Positions 26,926 through 42,941 of a stretch of DNA of 64,000 bases are shown here, piece by piece (position 1 is the stretch's first letter; each line of letters opens with the position of its first letter). The notes under the pieces are model-generated. The model was not told the DNA's origin. It did no database searches and was given only the letters and a program-made list of their open reading frames with translations. The stretch lies in contig CAXKVF010000081.1 in the NCBI GenBank assembly GCA_964057225.1, forward strand, positions 186,001 to 250,000, in the 5' to 3' direction. This DNA comes from Auanema rhodensis (Eukaryota; Animalia; Nematoda). The translations under genes and the position numbers were made by a program.

Positions 26926-29900
26926 TCAAAGTCATGGTTACCATGAAGCAATATCAATAAAAATTTGTTTTTAGACTAATATGGACATGGGGAATCTAAT
27001 TTTGAAAACCGCATCTCTTTATCTTTCACGTGAAGCGAGTTACATACCAAGTGCACATCACGTGTACATTTAATTAGCATAAATTTAAGTTCACGTAAAT
27101 TTCAAAGTCATGGTTACCATGAACCAATATCAATAAAAATTTGTTTTTAGACTAATATGGACATGGGGAATCTAATTTTGAAAACCGCATCTCTTTATCT
27201 TTCACGTGAAGCGAGTTACATACCAAGTGCACATCACGTGTACATTTAATTAGCATAAATTAAAGTTCACGTAAATTTCAAAGTCATGGTTACCATGAAC
27301 CAATATCAATAAAAATTTGTTTTTAGACTAATATGGACATGGGGAATCTAATTTTGAAAACCGCATCTCTTTATCTTTCACGTGAAGCGAGTTACATACC
27401 AAGTGCACATCACGTGTACATTTAATTAGCATAAATTAAAGTTCACGTAAATTTCAAAGTCATGGTTACCATGCACCAATATCAATAAAAATTTGTTTTT
27501 AGACTAATATGGACATGGGGAATCTAATTTTGAAAACCGCATCTCTTTATCTTTCACGTGAAGCGAGTTACATACCAAGTGCACATCACGTGTACATTTA
27601 ATTAGCATAAATTAAAGTTCACGTAAATTTCAAAGTCATGGTTACCATGAACCAATATCAATAAAAATTTGTTTTTAGACTAATATGGACATGAGGAATC
27701 TAATTTTGAAAACCGCATCTCTTTATCTTTCACGTGAAGCGAGTTACATACCAAGTGCACATCACGTGTACATTTAATTAGCATAAATTAAAGTTCACGT
27801 AAATTTCAAAGTCATGGTTACCATGAAGCAATATCAATAAAAATTTGTTTTTAGACTAATATGGACATGGGGAATCTAATTTTGAAAACCGCATCTCTTT
27901 ATCTTTCACGTGAAGCGAGTTACATACCAAGTGCACATCACGTGTACATTTAATTAGCATAAATTAAAGTTCACGTAAATTTCAAAGTCATGGTTACCAT
28001 GCACCAATATCAATAAAAATTTGTTTTTAAACTAATATGGACATGGGGAATCTAATTTTGAAAACCGCATCTCTTTATCTTTCACGTGAAGCGAGTTACA
28101 TACCAAGTGCACATCACGTGTACATTTAATTAGCATAAATTTAAGTTCACGTAAATTTCAAAGTCATGGTTACCATGAACCAATATCAATAAAAATTTGT
28201 TTTTAGACTAATATGGACATGGGGAATCTAATTTTGAAAACCGCATCTCTTTATCTTTCACGTGAAGCGAGTTACATACCAAGTGCACATCACGTGTACA
28301 TTTAATTAGCATAAATTAAAGATCACGTAAATTTCAAAGTCATGGTTACCATGAACCAATATCAATAAAAATTTGTTTTTAGACTAATATGGACATGGGG
28401 AATCTAATTTTGAAAACCGCATCTCTTTATCTTTCACGTGAAGCGAGTTACATACCAAGTGCACATCACGTGTACATTTAATTAGCATAAATTAAAGTTC
28501 ACGTAAACTTCAAAGTCATGGTTACCATGCACCAATATCAATAAAAATTTGTTTTTAGACTAATATGGACATGGGGAATCTAATTTTGAAAACCGCATCT
28601 CTTTATCTTTCACGTGAAGCGAGTTACATACCAAGTGCACATCACGTGTACATTTAATTAGCATAAATTAAAGTTCACGTAAATTTCAAAGTCATGGTTA
28701 CCATGAACCAATATCAATAAAAATTTGTTTTTAGACTAATATGGACATGGGGAATCTAATTTTGAAAACCGCATCTCTTTATCTTTCACGTGAAGCGAGT
28801 TACATACCAAGTGCACATCACGTGTACATTTAATTAGCATAAATTAAAGTTCACGTAAATTTCAAAGTCATGGTTACCATGAAGCAATATCAATAAAAAT
28901 TTGTTTTTAGACTAATATGGACATGGGGAATCTAATTTTGAAAACCGCATCTCTTTATCTTTCACGTGAAGCGAGTTACATACCAAGTGCACATCACGTG
29001 TACATTTAATTAGCATAAATTAAAGTTCACGTAAATTTCAAAGTCATGGTTACCATGAACCAATATCAATAAAAATTTGTTTTTAGACTAATATGGACAT
29101 GGGGAATCTAATTTTGAAAACCGCATCTCTTTATCTTTCACGTGAAGCGAGTTACATACCAAGTGCACATCACGTGTACATTTAATTAGCATAAATTGAA
29201 GTTCACGTAAATTTCAAAGTCATGGTTACCATGAACCAATATCAATAAAAATTTGTTTTTAGACTAATATGGACATGGAGAATCTAATTTTGAAAACTGC
29301 ATCTCTTTATCTTTCACGTGAAGCGAGTTACATACCAAGTGCACATCACGTGTACATTTAATTAGCATAAATTAAAGTTCACGTAAATTTCAAAGTCATG
29401 GTTACCATGAAGCAATATCAATAAAAATTTGTTTTTAGACTAATATGGACATGGGGAATCTAATTTTGAAAACCGCATCTCTTTATCTTTCACGTGAAGC
29501 GAGTTACATACCAAGTGCACATCACGTGTACATTTAATTAGCATAAATTAAAGTTCACGTAAATTTCAAAGTCATGGTTACCATGAACCAATATCAATAA
29601 AAATTTGTTTTTAGACTAATATGGACATGGGGAATCTAATTTTGAAAACCGCATCTCTTTATCTTTCACGTGAAGCGAGTTACATACCAAGTGCACATCA
29701 CGTGTACATTTAATTAGCATAAATTAAAGTTCACGTAAATTTCAAAGTCATGGTTACCATGAACCAATATCAATAAAAATTTGTTTTTAGACTAATATGG
29801 ACATGAGGAATCTATTTTTGAAAACCGCATCTCTTTATCTTTCACGTGAAGCGAGTTACATACCAAGTGCACATCACGTGTACATTTAATTAGCATAAAT

Positions 29901-32733
29901 TAAAGTTCACGTAAATTTCAAAGTCATGGTTACCATGAAGCAATATCAATAAAAATTTGTTTTTAGACTAATATGGACATGGGGAATCTAATTTTGAAAA
30001 CCGCATCTCTTTATCTTTCACGTGAAGCGAGTTACATACCAAGTGCACATCACGTGTACATTTAATTAGCATAAATTAAAGTTCACGTAAATTTCAAAGT
30101 CATGGTTACCATGAACCAATATCAATAAAAATTTGTTTTTAGACTAATATGGACATGGGGAATCTAATTGTGAAAACCGCATCTCTTTATCTTTCACGTG
30201 AAGCGAGTTACATACCAAGTGCACATCACGTGTACATTTAATTAGCATAAATTAAAGTTCACGTAAATTTCAAAGTCATGGTTACCATGAAGCAATATCA
30301 ATAAAAATTTGTTTTTAGACTAATATGGACATGGGGAATCTAATTTTGAAAACCGCATCTCTTTATCTTTCACGTGAAGCGAGTTACATACCAAGTGCAC
30401 ATCACGTGTACATTTAATTAGCATAAATTAAAGTTCACGTAAATTTCAAAGTCATGGTTACCATGAACCAATATCAATAAAAATTTGTTTTTAGACTAAT
30501 ATGGACATGGGGAATCTAATTTTGAAAACCGCATCTCTTTATCTTTCACGTGAAGCGAGTTACATACCAAGTGCACATCACGTGTACATTTAATTAGCAT
30601 AAATTAAAGTTCACGTAAATTTCAAAGTCATGGTTACCATGAACCAATATCAATAAAAATTTGTTTTTAGACTAATATGGACATGGGGAATCTAATTTTG
30701 AAAACCGCATCTCTTTATCTTTCACGTGAAGCGAGTTACATACCAAGTGCACATCACGTGTACATTTAATTAGCATAAATTAAAGTTCACGTAAATTTCA
30801 AAGTCATGGTTACCATGAACCAATATCAATAAAAATTTGTTTTTAGACTAATATGGACATGGGGAATCTAATTTTGAAAACCGCATTTCTTTATCTTTCA
30901 CGTGAAGCGAGTTACATACCAAGTGCACATCACGTGTACATTTAATTAGCATAAATTAAAGTTCACGTAAATTTCAAAGTCATGGTTACCATGAAGCAAT
31001 ATCAATAAAAATTTGTTTTTAGACTAATATGGACATGGGGAATCTAATTTTAAAAACCGCATCTCTTTATCTTTCACGTGAAGCGAGTTACATACCAAGT
31101 GCACATCACGTGTACATTTAATTAGCATAAATTAAAGTTCACGTAAATTTCAAAGTCATGGTTACCATGCACCAATATCAATAAAAATTTGTTTTTAGAC
31201 TAATATGGACATGGGGAATCTAGTTTTGAAAACCGCATCTCTTTATCTTTCACGTGAAGCGAGTTACATACCAAGTGCACATCACGTGTACATTTAATTA
31301 GCATAAATTAAAGTTCACGTAAATTTCAAAGTCATGGTTACCATGAACCAATATCAATAAAAATTTGTTTTTAGACTAATATGGACATGGGGAATCTAAT
31401 TTTGAAAACCGCATCTCTTTATCTTTCACGTGAAGCGAGTTACATACCAAGTGCACATCACGTGTACATTTAATTAGCATAAATTAAAGTTCACGTAAAT
31501 TTCAAAGTCATGGTTACCATGAAGCAATATCAATAAAAATTTGTTTTTAGACTAATATGGACATGGGGAATCTAATTTTGAAAACCGCATCTCTTTATCT
31601 TTCACGTGAAGCGAGTTACATACCAAGTGCACATCACGTGTACATTTAATTAGCATAAATTAAAGTTCACGTAAATTTCAAAGTCATGGTTACCATGAAC
31701 CCATATCAATAAAAATTTGTTTTTAGACTAATATGGACATGGGGAATCTAATTTTGAAAACCGCATCTCTTTATCTTTCACGTGAAGCGAGTTACATACC
31801 AAGTGCACATCACGTGTACATTTAATTAGCATAAATTAAAGTTCACGTAAATTTCAAAGTCATGGTTACCATGAAGCAATATTAATAAAAATTTGTTTTT
31901 AGACTAATATGGACATGGGGAATCTAATTTTGAAAACCGCATCTCTTTATCTTTCACGTGAAGCGAGTTACATACCAAGTGCACATCACGTGTACATTTA
32001 ATTAGCATAAATTAAAGTTCACGTAAATTTCAAAGTCATGGTTACCATGAACCAATATCAATAAAAATTTGTTTTTAGACTAATATGGACATGGGGAATC
32101 TAATTTTGAAAACCGCATCTCTTTATCTTTCACGTGAAGCGAGTTACATACCAAGTGCACATCACGTGTACATTTAATTAGCATAAATTAAAGTTCACGT
32201 AAATTTCAAAGTCATGGTTACCATGAACCAATATCAATAAAAATTTGTTTTTAGACTAATATGGACATGGGGAATCTAATTTTGAAAACCGCATCTCTTT
32301 ATCTTTCACGTGAAGCGAGTTACATACCAAGTGCACATCACGTGTACATTCAATTAGCATAAATTAAAGTTCACGTAAATTTCAAAGTCATGGTTACCAT
32401 GCACCAATATCAATAAAAATTTGTTTTTAGACTAATATGGACATGGGGAATCTAATTTTGAAAACCGCATCTCTTTATCTTTCACGTGAAGCGAGTTACA
32501 TACCAAGTGCACATCACGTGTACATTTAATTAGCATAAATTTAAGTTCACGTAAATTTCAAAGTCATGGTTACCATGAACCAATATCAATAAAAATTTGT
32601 TTTTAGACTAATATGGACATGGGGAATCTAATTTTGAAAACCGCATCTCTTTATCTTTCACGTGAAGCGAGTTACATACCAAGTGCACATCACGTGTACA
32701 TTTAATTAGCATAAATTAAAGTTCACGTAAATT

Positions 32734-34141
32734 TCAAAGTCATGGTTACCATGAACCAATATCAATAAAAATTTGTTTTTAGACTAATATGGACATGGGG
32801 AATCTAATTTTGAAAACCGCATCTCTTTATCTTTCACGTGAAGCGAGTTACATACCAAGTGCACATCACGTGTACATTTAATTAGCATAAATTAAAGTTC
32901 ACGTAAAATTCAAAGTCATGGTTACCATGCACCAATATCAATAAAAATTTGTTTTTAGACTAATATGGACATGTGGAATCTAATTTTGAAAACCGCATCT
33001 CTTTATCTTTCACGTGAAGCGAGTTACATACCAAGTGCACATCACGTGTACATTCAATTAGCATAAATTAAAGTTCACGTAAATTTCAAAGTCATGGTTA
33101 CCATGAACCAATATCAATAAAAATTTGTTTTTAGACTAATATGGACATGGGGAATCTAATTTTGAAAACCGCATCTCTTTATCTTTCACGTGAAGCGAGT
33201 TACATACCAAGTGCACATCACGTGTACATTCAATTAGCATAAATTAAAGTTCACGTAAATTTCAAAGTCATGGTTACCATGCACCAATATCAATAAAAAT
33301 TTGTTTTTAGACTAATATGGACATGGGGAATCTAATTTTAAAAACCGCATCTCTTTATCTTTCACGTGAAGCGAGTTACATACCAAGTGCACATCACGTG
33401 TACATTTAATTAGCATAAATTTAAGTTCACGTAAATTTCAAAGTCATGGTTACCATGAACCAATATCAATAAAAATTTGTTTTTAGACTAATATGGACAT
33501 GGGGAATCTAATTTTGAAAACCGCATCTCTTTATCTTTCACGTGAAGCGAGTTACATACCAAGTGCACATCACGTGTACATTTAATTAGCATAAATTAAA
33601 GTTCACGTAAAATTCAAAGTCATGGTTACCATGCACCAATATCAATAAAAATTTGTTTTTAGACTAATATGGACATGTGGAATCTAATTTTGAAAACCGC
33701 ATCTCTTTATCTTTCACGTGAAGCGAGTTACATACCAAGTGCACATCACGTGTACATTCAATTAGCATAAATTAAAGTTCACGTAAATTTCAAAGTCATG
33801 GTTACCATGAACCAATATCAATAAAAATTTGTTTTTAGACTAATATGGACATGGGGAATCTAATTTTGAAAACCGCATCTCTTTATCTTTCACGTGAAGC
33901 GAGTTACATACCAAGTGCACATCACGTGTACATTCAATTAGCATAAATTAAAGTTCACGTAAATTTCAAAGTCATGGTTACCATGCACCAATATCAATAA
34001 AAATTTGTTTTTAGACTAATATGGACATGGGGAATCTAATTTTGAAAACCGCATCTCTTTATCTTTCACGTGAAGCGAGTTACATACCAAGTGCACATCA
34101 CGTGTACATTTAATTAGCATAAATTTAAGTTCACGTAAATT
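32734..34141 (+). repeat. Tandem duplication of a 4-monomer (704-bp) block
   Basis: The series GTAAAATT / CACC + ATGTGG + CATTCAA / CATTCAA / CACC + AATTTAAG starts at 32734 and again at 33438. Confidence 0.88.
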
Positions 34142-34493
34142 TCAAAGTCATGGTTACCATGAACCAATATCAATAAAAATTTGTTTTTAGACTAATATGG
34201 ACATGGGGAATCTAATTTTGAAAACCGCATCTCTTTATCTTTCACGTGAAGCGAGTTACATACCAAGTGCACATCACGTGTACATTTAATTAGCATAAAT
34301 TAAAGTTCACGTAAATTTCAAAGTCATGGTTACCATGAAGCAATATCAATAAAAATTTGTTTTTAGACTAATATGGACATGGGGAATCTAATTTTGAAAA
34401 CCGCATCTCTTTATCTTTCACGTGAAGCGAGTTACATACCAAGTGCACATCACGTGTACATTTAATTAGCATAAATTAAAGTTCACGTAAATT

Positions 34494-36605
34494 TCAAAGT
34501 CATGGTTACCATGAACCAATATCAATAAAAATTTGTTTTTAGACTAATATGGACATGGGGAATCTAATTTTGAAAACCGCATCTCTTTATCTTTCACGTG
34601 AAACGAGTTACATACCAAGTGCACATCACGTGTACATTTAATTAGCATAAATTAAAGTTCACGTAAATTTCAAAGTCATGGTTACCATGCACCAATATCA
34701 ATAAAAATTTGTTTTTAGACTAATATGGACATGGGGAATCTAATTTTGAAAACCGCATCTCTTTATCTTTCACGTGAAGCGAGTTACATACCAAGTGCAC
34801 ATCACGTGTACATTTAATTAGCATAAATTAAAGTTCACGTAAACTTCAAAGTCATGGTTACCATGCACCAATATCAATAAAAATTTGTTTTTAGACTAAT
34901 ATGGACATGGGGAATCTAATTTTGAAAACCGCATCTCTTTATCTTTCACGTGAAGCGAGTTACATACCAAGTGCACATCACGTGTACATTTAATTAGCAT
35001 AAATTAAAGTTCACGTAAATTTCAAAGTCATGGTTACCATGAACCAATATCAATAAAAATTTGTTTTTAGACTAATATGGACATGTGGAATCTAATTTTG
35101 AAAACCGCATCTCTTTATCTTTCACGTGAAGCGAGTTACATACCAAGTGCACATCACGTGTACATTTAATTAGCATAAATTAAAGTTCACGTAAATTTCA
35201 AAGTCATGGTTACCATGAAGCAATATCAATAAAAATTTGTTTTTAGACTAATATGGACATGGGGAATCTAATTTTGAAAACCGCATCTCTTTATCTTTCA
35301 CGTGAAGCGAGTTACATACCAAGTGCACATCACGTGTACATTTAATTAGCATAAATTAAAGTTCACGTAAATTTCAAAGTCATGGTTACCATGAACCAAT
35401 ATCAATAAAAATTTGTTTTTAGACTAATATGGACATGGGGAATCTAATTTTGAAAACCGCATCTCTTTATCTTTCACGTGAAGCGAGTTACATACCAAGT
35501 GCACATCACGTGTACATTTAATTAGCATAAATTAAAGTTCACGTAAATTTCAAAGTCATGGTTACCATGCACCAATATCAATAAAAATTTGTTTTTAGAC
35601 TAATATGGACATGGGGAATCTAATTTTGAAAACCGCATCTCTTTATCTTTCACGTGAAGCGAGTTACATACCAAGTGCACATCACGTGTACATTTAATTA
35701 GCATAAATTAAAGTTCACGTAAATTTCAAAGTCATGGTTACCATGAACCAATATCAATAAAAATTTGTTTTTAGACTAATATGGACATGGGGAATCTAAT
35801 TTTGAAAACCGCATCTCTTTATCTTTCACGTGAAACGAGTTACATACCAAGTGCACATCACGTGTACATTTAATTAGCATAAATTAAAGTTCACGTAAAT
35901 TTCAAAGTCATGGTTACCATGCACCAATATCAATAAAAATTTGTTTTTAGACTAATATGGACATGGGGAATCTAATTTTGAAAACCGCATCTCTTTATCT
36001 TTCACGTGAAGCGAGTTACATACCAAGTGCACATCACGTGTACATTTAATTAGCATAAATTAAAGTTCACGTAAACTTCAAAGTCATGGTTACCATGCAC
36101 CAATATCAATAAAAATTTGTTTTTAGACTAATATGGACATGGGGAATCTAATTTTGAAAACCGCATCTCTTTATCTTTCACGTGAAGCGAGTTACATACC
36201 AAGTGCACATCACGTGTACATTTAATTAGCATAAATTAAAGTTCACGTAAATTTCAAAGTCATGGTTACCATGAACCAATATCAATAAAAATTTGTTTTT
36301 AGACTAATATGGACATGTGGAATCTAATTTTGAAAACCGCATCTCTTTATCTTTCACGTGAAGCGAGTTACATACCAAGTGCACATCACGTGTACATTTA
36401 ATTAGCATAAATTAAAGTTCACGTAAATTTCAAAGTCATGGTTACCATGAAGCAATATCAATAAAAATTTGTTTTTAGACTAATATGGACATGGGGAATC
36501 TAATTTTGAAAACCGCATCTCTTTATCTTTCACGTGAAGCGAGTTACATACCAAGTGCACATCACGTGTACATTTAATTAGCATAAATTAAAGTTCACGT
36601 AAATT
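34494..36605 (+). repeat. Block duplication, 7-monomer (1232-bp) offset
   Basis: GAAACGAG at 34603 and 35835, each followed by CACC + AAACTT, CACC, ATGTGG and AAGC monomers in the same order. Confidence 0.85.
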
Positions 36606-39600
36606 TCAAAGTCATGGTTACCATGCACCAATATCAATAAAAATTTGTTTTTAGACTAATATGGACATGGGGAATCTAATTTTGAAAACCGCATCTCTTT
36701 ATCTTTCACGTGAAGCGAGTTACATACCAAGTGCACATCACGTGTACATTTAATTAGCATAAATTAAAGTTCACGTAAATTTCAAAGTCATGGTTACCAT
36801 GAACCAATATCAATAAAAATTTGTTTTTAGACTAATATGGACATGGGGAATCTAATTTTGAAAACCGCATCTCTTTATCTTTCACGTGAAGCGAGTTACA
36901 TACCAAGTGCACATCACGTGTACATTTAATTAGCATAAATTAAAGTTCACGTAAATTTCAAAGTCATGGTTACCATGAACCAATATCGATAAAAATTTGT
37001 TTTTAGACTAATATGGACATGGGGAATCTAATTTTGAAAACCGCATCTCTTTATCTTTCACGTGAAGCGAGTTACATACCAAGTGCACATCACGTGTACA
37101 TTTAATTAGCATAAATTAAAGTTCACGTAAATTTCAAAGTCATGGTTACCATGAACCAATATCAATAAAAATTTGTTTTTAGACTAATATGGACATGGGG
37201 AATCTAATTTTGAAAACCGCATCTCTTTATCTTTCACGTGAAGCGAGTTACATACCAAGTGCACATCACGTGTACATTTAATTAGCATAAATTAAAGTTC
37301 ACGTAAATTTCAAAGTCATGGTTACCATGCACCAATATCAATAAAAATTTGTTTTTAGACTAATATGGACATGGGGAATCTAATTTTGAAAACCGCATCT
37401 CTTTATCTTTCACGTGAAGCGAGTTACATACCAAGTGCACATCACGTGTACATTTAATTAGCATAAATTAAAGTTCACGTAAATTTCAAAGTCATGGTTA
37501 CCATGAACCAATATCAATAAAAATTTGTTTTTAGACTAATATGGACATGGGGAATCTAATTTTGAAAACCGCATCTCTTTATCTTTCACGTGAAGCGAGT
37601 TACATACCAAGTGCACATCACGTGTACATTTAATTAGCATAAATTAAAGTTCACGTAAATTTCAAAGTCATGGTTACCATGAACCAATATCAATAAAAAT
37701 TTGTTTTTAGACTAATATGGACATGGGGAATCTAATTTTGAAAACCGCATCTCTTTATCTTTCACGTGAAGCGAGTTACATACCAAGTGCACATCACGTG
37801 TACATTCAATTAGCATAAATTAAAGTTCACGTAAATTTCAAAGTCATGGTTACCATGAACCAATATCAATAAAAATTTGTTTTTAGACTAATATGGACAT
37901 GGGGAATCTAATTTTGAAAACCGCATCTCTTTATCTTTCACGTGAAGCGAGTTACATACCAAGTGCACATCACGTGTACATTCAATTAGCATAAATTAAA
38001 GTTCACGTAAATTTCAAAGTCATGGTTACCATGCACCAATATCAATAAAAATTTGTTTTTAGACTAATATGGACATGGGGAATCTAATTTTGAAAACCGC
38101 ATCTCTTTATCTTTCACGTGAAGCGAGTTACATACCAAGTGCACATCACGTGTACATTTAATTAGCATAAATTTAAGTTCACGTAAATTTCAAAGTCATG
38201 GTTACCATGAACCAATATCAATAAAAATTTGTTTTTAGACTAATATGGACATGGGGAATCTAATTTTGAAAACCGCATCTCTTTATCTTTCACGTGAAGC
38301 GAGTTACATACCAAGTGCACATCACGTGTACATTTAATTAGCATAAATTAAAGTTCACGTAAATTTCAAAGTCATGGTTACCATGAACCAATATCAATAA
38401 AAATTTGTTTTTAGACTAATATGGACATGGGGAATCTAATTTTGAAAACCGCATCTCTTTATCTTTCACGTGAAGCGAGTTACATACCAAGTGCACATCA
38501 CGTGTACATTTAATTAGCATAAATTAAAGTTCACGTAAATTTCAAAGTCATGGTTACCATGCACCAATATCAATAAAAATTTGTTTTTAGACTAATATGG
38601 ACATGGGGAATCTAATTTTGAAAACCGCATCTCTTTATCTTTCACGTGAAGCGAGTTACATACCAAGTGCACATCACGTGTACATTTAATTAGCATAAAT
38701 TAAAGTTCACGTAAATTTCAAAGTCATGGTTACCATGCACCAATATCAATAAAAATTTGTTTTTAGACTAATATGGACATGGGGAATCTAATTTTGAAAA
38801 CCGCATCTCTTTATCTTTCACGTGAAGCGAGTTACATACCAAGTGCACATCACGTGTACATTTAATTAGCATAAATTAAAGTTCACGTAAATTTCAAAGT
38901 CATGGTTACCATGAACCAATATCAATAAAAATTTGTTTTTAGACTAATATGGACATGGGGAATCTAATTTTGAAAACCGCATCTCTTTATCTTTCACGTG
39001 AAGCGAGTTACATACCAAGTGCACATCACGTGTACATTTAATTAGCATAAATTAAAGTTCACGTAAATTTCAAAGTCATGGTTACCATGAACCAATATCA
39101 ATAAAAATTTGTTTTTAGACTAATATGGACATGGGGAATCTAATTTTGAAAACCGCATCTCTTTATCTTTCACGTGAAGCGAGTTACATACCAAGTGCAC
39201 ATCACGTGTACATTTAATTAGCATAAATTAAAGTTCACGTAAATTTCAAAGTCATGGTTACCATGCACCAATATCAATAAAAATTTGTTTTTAGACTAAT
39301 ATGGACATGGGGAATCTAATTTTGAAAACCGCATCTCTTTATCTTTCACGTGAAGCGAGTTACATACCAAGTGCACATCACGTGTACATTTAATTAGCAT
39401 AAATTAAAGTTCACGTAAATTTCAAAGTCATGGTTACCATGAACCAATATCAATAAAAATTTGTTTTTAGACTAATATGGACATGGGGAATCTAATTTTG
39501 AAAACCGCATCTCTTTATCTTTCACGTGAAGCGAGTTACATACCAAGTGCACATCACGTGTACATTTAATTAGCATAAATTAAAGTTCACGTAAACTTCA

Positions 39601-42600
39601 AAGTCATGGTTACCATGAACCAATATCAATAAAAATTTGTTTTTAGACTAATATGGACATGGGGAATCTAATTTTGAAAACCGCATCTCTTTATCTTTCA
39701 CGTGAAGCGAGTTACATACCAAGTGCACATCACGTGTACATTTAATTAGCATAAATTAAAGTTCACGTAAATTTCAAAGTCATGGTTACCATGAACCAAT
39801 ATCAATAAAAATTTGTTTTTAGACTAATATGGACATGGGGAATCTAATTTTGAAAACCGCATCTCTTTATCTTTCACGTGAAGCGAGTTACATACCAAGT
39901 GCACATCACGTGTACATTTAATTAGCATAAATTAAAGTTCACGTAAACTTCAAAGTCATGGTTACCATGAAGCAATATCAATAAAAATTTGTTTTTAGAC
40001 TAATATGGACATGGGGAATCTAATTTTGAAAACCGCATCTCTTTATCTTTCACGTGAAGCGAGTTACATACCAAGTGCACATCACGTGTACATTTAATTA
40101 GCATAAATTAAAGTTCACGTAAATTTCAAAGTCATGGTTACCATGAAGCAATATCAATAAAAATTTGTTTTTAGACTAATATGGACATGGGGAATCTAAT
40201 TTTGAAAACCGCATCTCTTTATCTTTCACGTGAAGCGAGTTACATACCAAGTGCACATCACGTGTACATTTAATTAGCATAAATTAAAGTTCACGTAAAT
40301 TTCAAAGTCATGGTTACCATGAACCAATATCAATAAAAATTTGTTTTTAGACTAATATGGACATGGGGAATCTAATTTTGAAAACCGCATTTCTTTATCT
40401 TTCACGTGAAGCGAGTTACATACCAAGTGCACATCACGTGTACATTTAATTAGCATAAATTAAAGTTCACGTAAATTTCAAAGTCATGGTTACCATGAAG
40501 CAATATCAATAAAAATTTGTTTTTAGACTAATATGGACATGGGGAATCTAATTTTGAAAACCGCATCTCTTTATCTTTCACGTGAAGCGAGTTACATACC
40601 AAGTGCACATCACGTGTACATTTAATTAGCATAAATTAAAGTTCACGTAAATTTCAAAGTCATGGTTACCATGAACCAATATCAATAAAAATTTGTTTTT
40701 AGACTAATATGGACATGGGGAATCTAATTTTGAAAACCGCATCTCTTTATCTTTCACGTGAAGCGAGTTACATACCAAGTGCACATCACGTGTACATTTA
40801 ATTAGCATAAATTAAAGTTCACGTAAAATTCAAAGTCATGGTTACCATGAACCAATATCAATAAAAATTTGTTTTTAGACTAATATGGACATGGGGAATC
40901 TAATTTTGAAAACCGCATCTCTTTATCTTTCACGTGAAGCGAGTTACATACCAAGTGCACATCACGTGTACATTTAATTAGCATAAATTAAAGTTCACGT
41001 AAATTTCAAAGTCATGGTTACCATGAAGCAATATCAATAAAAATTTGTTTTTAGACTAATATGGACATGGGGAATCTAATTTTGAAAACCGCATCTCTTT
41101 ATCTTTCACGTGAAGCGAGTTACATACCAAGTGCACATCACGTGTACATTTAATTAGCATAAATTAAAGTTCACGTAAATTTCAAAGTCATGGTTACCAT
41201 GAACCAATATCAATAAAAATTTGTTTTTAGACTAATATGGACATGGGGAATCTAATTTTGAAAACCGCATCTCTTTATCTTTCACGTGAAGCGAGTTACA
41301 TACCAAGTGCACATCACGTGTACATTTAATTAGCATAAATTAAAGTTCACGTAAATTTCAAAGTCATGGTTACCATGAACCAATATCAATAAAAATTTGT
41401 TTTTAGACTAATATGGACATGGGGAATCTAATTTTGAAAACCGCATCTCTTTATCTTTCACGTGAAGCGAGTTACATACCAAGTGCACATCACGTGTACA
41501 TTTAATTAGCATAAATTAAAGTTCACGTAAATTTCAAAGTCATGGTTACCATGAACCAATATCAATAAAAATTTGTTTTTAGACTAATATGGACATGGGG
41601 AATCTAATTTTGAAAACCGCATTTCTTTATCTTTCACGTGAAGCGAGTTACATACCAAGTGCACATCACGTGTACATTTAATTAGCATAAATTAAAGTTC
41701 ACGTAAATTTCAAAGTCATGGTTACCATGCACCAATATCAATAAAAATTTGTTTTTAGACTAATATGGACATGGGGAATCTAATTTTGAAAACCGCATCT
41801 CTTTATCTTTCACGTGAAGCGAGTTACATACCAAGTGCACATCACGTGTACATTTAATTAGCATAAATTAAAGTTCACGTAAATTTCAAAGTCATGGTTA
41901 CCATGAACCAATATCAATAAAAATTTGTTTTTAGACTAATATGGACATGGGGAATCTAATTTTGAAAATCGCATTTCTTTATCTTTCACGTGAAGCGAGT
42001 TACATACCAAGTGCACATCACGTGTACATTTAATTAGCATAAATTAAAGTTCACGTAAATTTCAAAGTCATGGTTACCATGCACCAATATCAATAAAAAT
42101 TTGTTTTTAGACTAATATGGACATGGGGAATCTAATTTTGAAAACCGCATCTCTTTATCTTTCACGTGAAGCGAGTTACATACCAAGTGCACATCACGTG
42201 TACATTTAATTAGCATAAATTAAAGTTCACATAAATTTCAAAGTCATGGTTACCATGAACCAATATCAATAAAAATTTGTTTTTAGACTAATATGGACAT
42301 GGGGAATCTAATTTTGAAAACCGCATCTCTTTATCTTTCACGTGAAGCGAGTTACATACCAAGTGCACATCACGTGTACATTTAATTAGCATAAATTAAA
42401 GTTCACGTAAATTTCAAAGTCATGGTTACCATGAACCAATATCAATAAAAATTTGTTTTTAGACTAATATGGACATGGGGAATCTAATTTTGAAAACCGC
42501 ATCTCTTTATCTTTCACGTGAAGCGAGTTACATACCAAGTGCACATCACGTGTACATTTAATTAGCATAAATTAAAGTTCACGTAAATTTCAAAGTCATG

Positions 42601-42941
42601 GTTACCATGAAGCAATATCAATAAAAATTTGTTTTTAGACTAATATGGACATGGGGAATCTAATTTTGAAAACCGCATCTCTTTATCTTTCACGTGAAGC
42701 GAGTTACATACCAAGTGCACATCACGTGTACATTTAATTAGCATAAATTAAAGTTCACGTAAATTTCAAAGTCATGGTTACCATGAACCAATATCAATAA
42801 AAATTTGTTTTTAGACTAATATGGACATGGGGAATCTAATTTTGAAAACCGCATCTCTTTATCTTTCACGTGAAGCGAGTTACATACCAAGTGCACATCA
42901 CGTGTACATTTAATTAGCATAAATTAAAGTTCACGTAAATT

